A stretch of 64,000 nt of DNA from Octopus vulgaris (lineage: Eukaryota): positions 2,666,001 to 2,730,000 of the forward strand of contig OX597823.1 in NCBI GenBank assembly GCA_951406725.2. The letters are read 5' to 3'. Below are positions 53,214-64,000 of this stretch, piece after piece (position 1 is the stretch's first letter; the number at the start of each line of letters is the position of its first letter). The notes below the pieces were generated by a model. The model made no database searches and had not been told where the DNA came from. It saw only the letters and a list, made by a program, of their open reading frames with translations. Both the position numbers and the translations under genes were made by a program.

Positions 53214-56200
53214 TGATGCCCTGGATTTGTAGACTTCGAATCTGCTTTCTCCTTTCTTAATTTCTTAAGACTGGTACGTAGGCAGTGTATTACATATCCC
53301 AGTTACCCAATAATTACATGTATAAACCTATTATGTCGCACGTTCGGATGACCTCTAATCAACTCAACTCTCGACGTCTAGACTTCTCCCTCTATATCTA
53401 CATATTGGGCTAGCCTACTTCATCGTCTGGGGGCGTCCACACAACACCTCCCTCTTTTGAGTTTTTTAAACCCGAATTTATCAATTTTATTTCCTCGGTG
53501 AGAATCTGGCATATCTTGTTCTCTTAGCGTTAATTTCCATCATTTCTGTAGGTTTTCTCTCCCTGTTCGACCTACGTGTCGGTTCTGCTTTTGCTTGTGG
53601 TTCTGGGATCCCGAACACTTTTGCTTGTGGTTTTGGGACCTGGAACAAATCATACCATAAATCTATTCTTCTTGCCTCTCTTGGTTTTTGGTATATCTTT
53701 TTTTAATCGGTTTAAATGCCTTCTGTGTTCATATTTTGGTCCTTTTACCATGTACATCACGTTACCCAGACGTCCAGTTATACTTCCTTGTTCCCAGTCC
53801 TGTTTTTCGTTACTATATATTTTAAAATACACTTTGTCACCTGTGTTAAAAACTTCGTTTTTCTTCCCGAATTTTCGATTTTCTGTTTCTGTTCGGCAAC
53901 CATTTGTCAAAAATAGACGAATTTTTCTGGAAAACATCAAATCTGCGGATGACCTACCCGACTCTGCATTTGGATTCGGTGTTATTCTATACACTTGCAA
54001 AAACTTTGTCATATTTGTATCTTCAAAGATTTCCCGTCAGGTCTTCCTTAAGGCTCTCTTGAATGTGTTGACGAATCTTTCCGCTAACCCATTTGACCTT
54101 CGATGGTATGGCGGAGTTAACACATGCTTCATTTGAACCGACTTACAGAATCTTTCGAACTCCTTCGCCGTGAATTGTGTACCATTATCCGACACGATCG
54201 TATCTGGCACTCCATAACGAGCGAACAGTTCTTCCAAGAAGTCAATAGTCACACTTGTGTTTGGCCTTGAACATTTACACACTTCAGGCCATTTGGAATA
54301 GCTATCCACCACAATGATATAATGAGAGCCATTTATTGGTCCTGCGAAATCCACATGTTGTCTAGACCAAGCCGAATCCGTTTTGGGCCACGGCTGAATC
54401 TGCACTGGGGGCGCCTTTGCTGCCATAGCGCATCCCCTACACTGTTTTACCAGTCTCTCAATTTGCTTGTCCACATTCGGCCAATAAACGTAACTTCTAA
54501 TAAGGCTCTTCATCCGGATAATCCCCGGATGTCCTACATGTAAGTCTTTTGATACTCTGTTTTGCAGTACTTAAGGTATTACCACTCTTTGTGCATATAA
54601 TAATACCTCATCACACACTAAACATTTTTAAATCTTATTTATGAACCTATCATTTCCCGATTGTAATTTAATTTCTTCCAGCGTTACCGGCAAATTACGT
54701 ACTACTTTGTACAAAATGTTCTTCAGTTCCATTTATAGTTTTAACTATGCAATCACCGTATCTTCAAAAGGTTCCTCATATTTTGGAATTAGCCTAGACA
54801 ACCCGTCTGCGTGTCCCATTTTCATTGATAGCAAAAACTCCATATGGAAATCGTAATTCAACAGAGTAGTTCCCCAGCGCTGTAAGCGGTTTGCTGAGTG
54901 CGTGGGGATATCCTTTTTCGAACCAAAAATAGACAATAACGGTCGGTGATCCGTTTGCAGTGTAAACTTCTTCCCATGTAAGAATTTATGGAAATTTATT
55001 ACTGCGAAGATTAATGATAACGCCTCTTTTTCAATCTGGCTGTAGTTTCTTTCTGCTGGTAATAGAACTCTCGATGCATGTGCAATAGCTTTGATTTTAC
55101 CATCATTAAATTTATGCAATATCACAGCTCCTACACCATATTCATAGGCATCCGATGCCACAATTATTTTCAGATTTGGGTCGAAATCAGTTAATGATAA
55201 CTCTGATGTTAACCGCTTTTTAATTCCTCGAATGATTTCTGACATTCGTTTGTCCAGCTCCATTTCGAGTCCTTCTTTAGCAACTTATTCAACGGAACTC
55301 TTAGCTCATACATTTTAGGTATGCACAACTGGTAATAACTTACCAAACCTAAAAATGCTTGTAGTGTTGTTTTGTTAGTGGGAGCAGGCATTTTTTTATC
55401 GCGTCGATCCTAGAAGGGTCCGGTTTTCGCCCGTTTTCATCGATCACCTGTCATAAGTACTTTATTTTTATCAAGAAAAATTCCCATTTATCCTCCCTTA
55501 CTTTGAACCCGTAATCACACATTCGTTTGGAAACCTCTTCTATATGTTCAATATGTTGGTCCCTTGATTCACTTTTGATCAATATGTCATCCAAGCATGG
55601 GACCGCGAACTCACAATCTGCTAGCATAGTATCCATCACTCACTGAAACATTGCTGGTGCGACCTTTACCCCAAATGGCAGTCTTTTGAGACGGTACAGA
55701 CCTTTATGAGTATTGATTGTTAATACTTCAGCACGTTCTTCATCTACCAGTAATTGGACGTAGGCCTCTGACAAATCCAGCTTGGAAAAAATTTTCCCAC
55801 CATTGCACTTAGCAAATATTTCTTCTGGGTTTGGAAGCGGATAATTGTAATTTATTAAACAATCATTAAGACCAGTTGAGAAGTCCACACATACTCTTAT
55901 CTCGTTGTTCTTCTTTTTTATATATAGACTAGGAGCCGCCCACTCAGAGTAGTCTACTTTTTCAATCATTTCCATGTCTTCCAATCTTTTTAATTCCTTC
56001 TCAACTTGATTTAACGCCGCAAAAGGTTCATTCCTTTTCGGTCTGAACATCGGCACCGCATTTTCTTTCAACTCAAACATTACTTTAATTTTTTTACACG
56101 TACCGAGCTCTTTCGAAAAAATATCAGGGTACATCTTTTTCAATTTTAATTTCATTTTTTCCGATGCTTTCTCTGACACAGACTGTGATGCCTTCACCTT

Positions 56201-56870
56201 GTTACATAATGTATTAGTGATAGATCCTACAGGTCGAATCCATCCTTCCATTAAATCTGTCCCGAACAGATTCATTGTATTCTTAGATACCATTAGTTTA
56301 CTTTTCCGCGTCCTATTTTTAAGTTTTATTTCTGGTGAAATTTCGCTCAAGAATTGAACTCGTTCCGCTGACACACCGTAGAGTATCCTAGTAGTTTTTT
56401 TATACAACGATCTGCCTATCTTACTCCATGTTGCCGTATTTATTATCGATGCGTCTGAACCGGTATCTAATTGCATTTTGGTCTGAAACCCATTTATTTC
56501 TACCAACACAAATTTTCGGTTTTGTCTGGTATAATTTGCTTTTGTTGAATAGACTTTCTTCTGTTTTACCATTTTCTTTGACCGGCATTTCGTCTGTATA
56601 TGTCCAATTTTACCACACTTAAAATAGGTTTTATCTTTTAAGGGGCAATCTTTCCTCAAATGGCGATCTCCGCAATCATACCACCGTTTTGAATTAAAAT
56701 TTTTCCTTCTTTCTGTACTTTCTTTACACATTTGTACATTATTATTCCTGTCTTCTATCTTTCTTGTATCATCTCGAAGGTTTATTATTTGTTGGCATTC
56801 CTCAACCACTTTCTGCAAAGTGAGTTTCACATCTTGATTCAACTGTGTGGTTACTCTTCTCTGTCCCAAA
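53214..56870 (-). mobile_element. Ty3/Gypsy LTR retrotransposon, decayed, 5' LTR missing
   Basis: Gag zinc knuckles, protease LDTGS, RT (LDLSEAY, LPFG, LDD), RNase H (SDA, EKE, TDH), integrase (HVDFAGP, SDNG, SNGLAER); polypurine tract 53447-53460; 3' LTR about 53214-53446. Confidence 0.93.
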
Positions 56871-56899
56871 TCACTATGTCAGTTCTATTATGTTTATTG

Positions 56900-58317
56900 A
56901 GGTTTTCACTGGGATATCCCACCAGTGTTCCTTTTTATTATGAGTGGCTATGGCTTCTACCATACTGTGTGTTCTTATTTATTTGACCTCAGAATTATCC
57001 TTTCGAGTGATCTCCTTATGCAGTGTCCTGGCTGCAACATTATGTCTCATCGGTACATAATACCATGATGACATTTTCGGACAACTGCTTATGAAGAGAA
57101 GAGAATAGGAAACTGTTAATGAATCATTGTTACGAAAGTATCAAAAGTATCTCAGGCAGCCAAGAACCCTGATGACAAAGTAAAACTACAAAATGACGTG
57201 TGTGCAATATAAAAATGGGTTGATGAAAATAACATGCAGTTCAATGCTGATAAGTTTCAAGAACTCCACCATCGGCCCACAAACAGACAACTATAGAAAT
57301 ACATATGACTAGAGGCTAGAGCAATCCCAGAATTAGAATTGGGGTGTGACCTGGGAATGCACATGAGTAGTGATGCAACATTCCATGTGTATATTACCAG
57401 GATGGCAAAACTGTGCAGGCGAGTAACTGGACGGGTCCTTAGATCATTCAAAACCACAAATGAAGATACCTAGCTACTCCTATGGAGGACATTTGTCCTC
57501 AGTCTTCTGGATTACTGCCCCCCACTGTGGGCACCGCAGAGCATAATATATTAGTGACGGAACTTGAAGTAATCCAGCACCACTACACAAAGAACATTGA
57601 CTCGTGAAACAGATGAGCTGCTACTGGGAAAGGCTACAAGAAGGGAAACTGGAGAGAAGGCGAGGAAGGTATGCAGTGATATGGAAGATCCTGGAAGGTC
57701 TAGCTTCCAACTATTAAATACTATACCTATTTCTTTACTACCCACAAGGGGCTAAAGACAGAGAGGACAAACAAGGACAGACAAACGGATTAAGTCGATT
57801 ATATCGACTTCAGTGCGTAACTGGTACTTAATTTATCGACCGCGAAAGGATGAAAGGCAAAGTCAACCTCGGCTGAATTTGAACTCAGAACGTAACGGCA
57901 GACGAAATACCGCTAAGCATTTCGCCCGGCGTGCTAACGGTTCTGCCAGCTCGCCGCCTTATCTATTAAATACTATACCAACCACCGAAATAGACGGCAT
58001 TGCTTAGTACCAAAGATACCGTTTTCTTCATCTCAGATAAGGACTCAGTATTGCAACAGCTTAGGCTGTTTAACACCTTCCCAAGGAACCTTAGAGATCT
58101 GCAAGGGTTAGATGGGAAAACGTTCAGAAAGCACCTGAACAAATTTCTATCTGAACCCCCAGATGAGCCCACATGGTGACAGGAGGCACAAAGAAGAGCA
58201 GCTTCGTCCAACTCGCTTCTTCACCAAAAATAGTACCAAAAGGAGACCCCAAAACATTGAATGGCGGTGCTCCAGCATGGTTCCAGCTTCTGGCTGAAAC
58301 CAGTAAAAGAATAAAAG
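56900..58317 (+). mobile_element. CR1-like LINE 3' fragment, decayed
   Basis: W.DENNMQFNADKFQ, DYCPPLWAP and LFNTFPRNLRDL; tail ggcggtgctccagcatgg...gaaaccagtaaaagaataaaag. Confidence 0.8.
57711..57979 (-). mobile_element. Full-length family B SINE with target-site duplication
   Basis: ctattaaatactatacc repeated at 57711-57727 and 57963-57979. Confidence 0.92.
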
Positions 58318-58687
58318 TGATACAGAGAATATTAATGTACAGTATTAAGAGTGACACTGTCGTTTGACGTTTAAAGATGTTTCATAGCATTAGCTAATAT
58401 GTAGGTGAGGATTAAGACTGCTGAGAGCAACAAATATTTAGTGAATAAACACTTAAGCTTTAATCCATTCAATGAGGGTGATGGTAGCACAAGCTTACAT
58501 TGTTTCAACAGATCTACCGAAATAGTGATAAATATGGAAAATCTCTGCTCTGACAGTTAGGTATCAACTGGCTTGTTGAGGTTGTTGAGACTGAGAATTT
58601 TAAACAAAACCGAAAGACTCTCAAACTAAAATATACACAAAAGCAATTGTTAAACAAAACTAATAAAATTATTCTAGAAACACTTAC

Positions 58688-58783
58688 AGGATTTCCTTGT
58701 CTTTTGTCTTGCTGCAGTTGTATTGCAATTGGTGTCAAATCGTCGTTTGAATTCAGCATAAATAATGCAATGGGAGCACACAT
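58688..58783 (-). CDS. Lipoxygenase exon C (MCAPIALFMLNSNDDLTPIAIQLQQDKRQGNP)
   Basis: cag acceptor, gtaagt donor, 96 nt, phase 0 to 0; APxxL...LxPIAIQL motif. Confidence 0.95.
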
Positions 58784-59024
58784 CTGAAATATATATACAT
58801 GCATATACATACATATGCATACATAACCAGAAAGCAGAAAGCTGATTCGAAGACTACAGATCCAATCCATCACTGGAACTGTAAACATCTGTAAAACTTT
58901 CAAGAAGTTTATCATTTAAATATATATGAGCATATATATGCATGAGAATACGTACATAAAACAAAATACACAGATCTTCACATGTACATACAAACAAAAA
59001 TACCCAGTTGATGGGTAAATACCC

Positions 59025-59236
59025 ACCATCTGTCCGTGGCCGTTTGCCAGCCCCGTCTGGGACCTGTGCAGGTGGCACGTAAAAAGCACCCACTACACTC
59101 ACGGAGTGGTTGGCGTTAGGAAGGGCATCCAGCCGTAGAAACACTGCCAGATCAGACTGGGCCTGATGCAGCCTTCTGGCTTCCCAGACCCCAGTTGAAC
59201 CGTCCAACCCATGCTAGCATGGGAAGCGGACGCTAA

Positions 59237-59272
<36 letters not shown>
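59025..59272 (+). mobile_element. Third SINE family 3' part with (GAT)n tail (Meta/MESC-like core)
   Basis: gttggcgttaggaagggcatccagccgtagaa core; catgctagcatg hairpin; (GAT)n. Confidence 0.7.
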
Positions 59273-59384
59273 TTGAAATTCCAATGAAGGTGTCTTGGAT
59301 CTGGGTTAGAAACCAGCTCTTTCTCTATTGCCAAGAAATCTTGAAATATTATCTACATACACACACTCACACACACACACATGT

Positions 59385-59760
59385 TAATGTTTTTACTTGT
59401 TTTAGTCATTAGACTGCGGCCATGCTGGGGCACCACTTTGGAGAATTTTTAGTCGAATGAATCGACACCAGAACTTGTTTTAAAGCCTGGTATTTATTCT
59501 ATCAGTCAGTTTTACTGAACCGCTAAGTTACAGGGATACAAACACACCAACATCGATTTTCAAGCAGTTGCGGGGGACAAACACAGTCACAAAGACACAC
59601 ACACACACATGCATATAAGACGAGCTTCTTTCAGTTTCCATCTCTCATCTCCGCACAGAAAACTCTGGTTGGCCAGAGGCTATAATAGAAGACACTTGCC
59701 CAAGGTGCCATGGCGCCACACTGTAGGACTGAACCTAGAGCCATCTGACTGGGAACGACT
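59385..59760 (-). mobile_element. Family A SINE, diverged
   Basis: gactgcggccatgctgggg...gaagacacttgcccaaggtgcca. Confidence 0.8.
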
Positions 59761-60419
59761 ACTACTGTTATGCTTGACACTCCACGTAGATTACCATAAT
59801 CCACTTTACTTCCTGTATAGTCATTAAGTAACTTCTATACCGGGTACTATTACTAGTTATGACCTACAGGGCAAATGTAGATGAAATAAGGATAAACACA
59901 AGTTTATATTAGGGTTCCTCTTCGCGTTTGACCATTATGGTTGATTGAAACCCAGAAGTAAATGTTCCAAATGCTTTTTAAATGACCAACCACAACAAAT
60001 TACCAGGGACCGTTTTACTGTATTTAGTTAGAGATAACTATGTGAAAAGTTGGAAAGATGACGAGGCATTTTATACTCGTTTTGGAATACAATGGGATGA
60101 GAAGGAAGTGTACAAGGTACAGCAGAAAATGGGTGAGAGATAGAAAAAATAACTAGAGTAATAAAAACAGAAAAAAGAAAAGAAAGGAAAAACAGAAGGA
60201 AATAAAGAAAGAAGTAAAGAGGAAATTAGGAAGAGAGAAAAAGGAAAGAGAGAGAGAGAGAGAAAAGTAAGAAGAGAATGATTTGCACAGTTGAAGCAGA
60301 AATGAATAAAATATAAGGTATATAATATGTATAAAAAACGAAAACATAAAATATAAATTTACGGAGATGTACTTGCATAGCAAGTGACCTGATCTGAGAG
60401 TGTGTGCTGAAATAAAAAT

Positions 60420-60662
60420 AATTGCAGAGTGGAAGGCGTTTATGAGTCATTTAAAAACACACAAAAACCGTTAGATTCACTTCAACATTTAAATTTAATT
60501 TGTCAAAATATTTTTGTCGCTTTGAGACCGCGTCCTATTCACTGACAAAATCCCGTGATGCAGCACGAAAATATTTTGACAAATTAAATTTAAATATTGA
60601 AGTGAATCCAACGAATTTTGTGTGTTTTTTAATGGCTTATAAACACCTCCCACACTGTAATT
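60420..60662. mobile_element. Fold-back/MITE-like palindrome (~95-bp arms)
   Basis: attcacttcaacatttaaatttaatttgtcaaaatatttt versus aaaatattttgacaaattaaatttaaatattgaagtgaat, extending outward. Confidence 0.8.
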
Positions 60663-60976
60663 GATTAAATATATTAAATAAATTAATGGAGAAATAGATA
60701 AAGATAGTTAAGAGAGAAAGGAGACAGAGACGAATGTAGAGTGAAGGGGAGGGCAGGCGAAAGATGGGGTAGAGGGGAGTGAAAGATAAATGAAAGGGAG
60801 TCAACTATCTGTGAGTCATTAGTACTTAGGCTGAGGATGAATAGAAACATGAATCCACAAACGATAAGAATTCAAAGGCTATTTTTAGAACGATGCATAT
60901 TTTTTCATAGCTGGGTAGATATATTATGTGCATGTATGCTTGTGTGCATGTGCATCTTTGTATCTAAGTGTATGTG

Positions 60977-61007
<31 letters not shown>

Positions 61008-61021
61008 CTGTGTGTGTGAAT

Positions 61022-61057
<36 letters not shown>

Positions 61058-61062
61058 CTTAC

Positions 61063-61195
61063 ATCATATTCTTTTCTGTGTATAACACCATCCAAAATTT
61101 CTAAATCTGTGTAAAACAGACGTTTCTTTTTAATCAATCCTTCCAGTGTTTCTCCTTTCAGAACTGGTTCCATCATCGCTTCATCCACACCAAGT
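61063..61195 (-). CDS. Lipoxygenase exon B (LGVDEAMMEPVLKGETLEGLIKKKRLFYTDLEILDGVIHRKEYD)
   Basis: tag acceptor, gtaagt donor, 133 nt, phase 2 to 0; LOX-like LF-x-x-D-x-x-IL motif. Confidence 0.92.
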
Positions 61196-61749
61196 CTACG
61201 AGAAAAAGTTTAAAAGCACTCAAAACGATCAGTGGTAATCAATGGTCGTCTACATTAGAAAAAAACTATTGAGTTGGGTTGATAGATTTTAGATAAATTC
61301 ATTTGTTTTAGAGAGAAGGAATATGTTTTAGATATTAAGGGAACAAATTATTTTATTCATTTAGAAGTAGAAAGAAAACTTAATTAGATCAGCATTCATT
61401 CACATTCACTGACCACTAATGATCAGATGAATATCATACTATATAAAGTAAATGGACATATTTAAAAGAAATCTAAAGAAAGGAGAAATATCGTTTCAAT
61501 TTGAGTAATGAGACCAGCCCATAGCAATACAGTTTTATAATTTTTTTGAACATTACAAGTTTGTATTAACTGAGACGAGTAAATTGAAATTCTAATGATT
61601 TTGTCCCAATTCACCAGAAAAGAAAAGGAAAAGAAAAAATCTAAAACTTTGAGGTTTTGGGCAAATTTGTCAAAATCTAACTAATGTAAAATGTAACTAA
61701 AATTAACTTTACTGCACTTTTAACTCTGTGATTTCTAATTAAAACCTTT

Positions 61750-63130
61750 ATTTGGAAAATACTTGAATACTTTTCTAAACGACTGTGCTCACTTTACTGT
61801 TAATTTGCTTCCGCGATTCAATAACCTGCAATTAGAGGTAAGAAAATGGAATATTTCTTCCAAGCAGAGATCACATTTCGAATTCCCAACAGTAGACGGC
61901 GAAGTGCTATTAATATTTGTCCACTTAATATCATATATATCACCCCTATTCTTTAAAATCCAGATGAATCCACTCAAACTTAAAATTCATTTTCCCCCCA
62001 TTTTTGAACGAAGAAAGGTGGTTGCGTAAACTTTGTTTAAAATAAGCAGAACAAGAACATATGTAATAATCAGAAGTGCCATCAGTTGTTACTATACATC
62101 TAAAAACTAAGCATTTTTATGAGACATTGCCTTCAAGTGGACATACTAATTTGTTCTTATAGTTACGATAATGCTTATTAGTACTAACTTATGCTTGCTA
62201 CCGGTAGAAATATCATGTACCCCATCTATAATGTTACGTATCACTTTATGGTTATTATCAGTTTCGCTATAGATTGAAGTAGATGTATCATTGCTTTTCC
62301 TTACTCAGCTCATTTAATTCAGATGAGTGTAGTTTGGGCTCAGCTGCCTCCTTTATACTATCTTCTGTAGTTCTTTAGTGTTTTCGCTACTACTGCTAAC
62401 TAAATAGTTCATTATCCCACTAGAATCATTCATATTATGTTCCACCTTATCCGTATAGTTATTATTATTACTAGTTATATTACTAATATTTATATTGGTT
62501 TTATTATTTGTGCTTACTAGGTTCCTATTAGTTAATTCTCTAACTCTAAAAATTGTAAGCTACAATAATTTGGGCTAGGTTCGTACTTGTATTAAAAGCA
62601 AATCTAATCGTGTGCCGATTGAAAATCTGACTCTATTTGTTAGATGGTGGAAACTTAATGCAGCGAAAAATTTTGCAGGTATATTTGCGACTATCTGAGT
62701 TCCGAAGACTGCATTATAATATAATATATGTGTCTAGATCTAGCTTTTCTTTTAGTGGGTAGGGGTCACAGTTTTTGTTAACAACTTCATTTTTATATCT
62801 GTTGTATGTTTTTTAAAATAAATCTATTACTACATTTAGTACGGGATTTACTTAAAATAACATCGTTATCCATTATTCTTATTATTGTGGTGTTTGGCAC
62901 GATGACTGGACATTTCATTATCTTTGTAGAGCTTTTTGTTTTATGCTCACTTATTTACTTATATCTGCTGGGTTCATAATATTAACCTTATTCAAATTTT
63001 ATTAAGTCATTCTATGTTTAAGTGATATTAGAACTATAGCCACAGCGTATTTCAAAGCAATCTTTGTTGGCATGTACCCTGAGATTCTTATGATCCCTCA
63101 CCTAGAATATACTTTAAGAAGGACTTCCAA
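61750..63130 (-). mobile_element. Decayed Penelope-like element (GIY-YIG C-terminus and upstream remnants)
   Basis: IWILK...IKW...KCDLCLEE...LLNR; similar to 6022-6345. Confidence 0.65.
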
Positions 63131-63735
63131 AAACTTGAATTCTCAGTTCGTTTCATCCAGCCAAACTGAACAAAGCTGCATAGGAATGTCTGCCTCCGAT
63201 GAATGTGTAACGCAAGTGAATCAACTGAATGCTCATAAATGCTAGATCAAGGGATACTAGGACAGTTATCCAGCAGAAACACGTGTTGGATTGGTATTTG
63301 CTGAGAATAACACTTTAATAAATAGATTTTGAAGATGTATAATTCTCCATTCTTCTTTATGATGTCTTCTTGATTCTACATGTGTGTATACAGAACGGGT
63401 CTCCAAGCAGTTCGTGCCTATTAAATTCCACTTAGAGAACTACGTTAAGTGACACATGCTCTAGAACCACGCGATTGCCGCTGCCAGTTCTAATAAACCC
63501 ACTTTTTCTGCTTCTTTACATACTAAAAAAAATTACAAGAAAAGTCTAGGTTTTTCCTGTATTAGAAAATCTGTTTATACATAAAAAAACAAACAAACAA
63601 ACAAAAGAACTGAAAGGGAAATTAATATTAAAACTGTTTTAATATCTGTGGACCTCGGTAATGCCTAGCGAGCCCCAGATATTTAAATTATTGTTTAAAT
63701 ATATAATTGTTCTAAATAAGGATCTGCTGACTTAC

Positions 63736-63836
63736 TTTGAAGGGATTTCTTCACACAATCTTATTGATTTGGGGTTACAACGATTAAGACGTTGATATCC
63801 AAACCACGTGTCTTCCTTCCAATGTTTAAAAGAATC
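63736..63836 (-). CDS. Lipoxygenase exon A ([33 protein letters not shown])
   Basis: acag acceptor, gtaagt donor, 101 nt, ends phase 2; matches the LOX WxEDxxFGYQxLNGxNP motif. Not in the ORF track. Confidence 0.92.
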
Positions 63837-63919
63837 CTGTATGTATGACAAAGACAACAAAACTAAACATTGATTTCTAATATAGAAACAAGATTTCCAG
63901 TTTTATTTGTAATTGGGAG

Positions 63920-64000
63920 AAGGTTACATGCTGGCAGGATCGTTAGGGTAGCACACCGGACAAAATACTTAGTGGCATTTATTCCGGCTTTACATTCGGA
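63920..64000 (+). mobile_element. Family B SINE 5' end
   Basis: gctggcaggatcgttag...caaaatacttagtggcattt. Confidence 0.55.

Noticed and set aside
63190-63292. Hammerhead-like CCGATGA...GAAACACGTGTT on the plus strand
   Set aside because: Stems I and II are not convincingly paired; at most a dead relic.

Overview
Repeat-rich eukaryotic DNA, most likely an octopus or other coleoid cephalopod (inferred from the SINE families and dense microsatellites; no database check was possible). One host gene is present: the 3' 12 coding exons of a minus-strand lipoxygenase, spanning 63836 down to 21209. I assembled the exons by hand. All introns are GT-AG with compatible phases, giving 1350 nt (449 aa plus stop). 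The N-terminal exons lie beyond the right edge. The protein keeps the three iron-binding His and the C-terminal Ile. It has Gln at the conserved Glu after THxxx, Asp in place of Asn in HAAVN, Arg in RLNGxNP, and Ala at the Coffa site. The rest is mostly decayed transposons: CR1-like and RTE LINEs, R4/Dong RLE elements in (AAT)n tracts, Penelope-like elements, two Gypsy elements, Chapaev3, mariner, MITEs, Helitron-like ends and three SINE families, plus a 2.8-kb (TATG/CATG)n array. The main non-coding finding is a set of minimal type I hammerhead ribozyme motifs, including two identical opposite-strand copies in a ~535-bp intronic palindrome. Exon and ribozyme coordinates were counted directly; most transposon boundaries are approximate.
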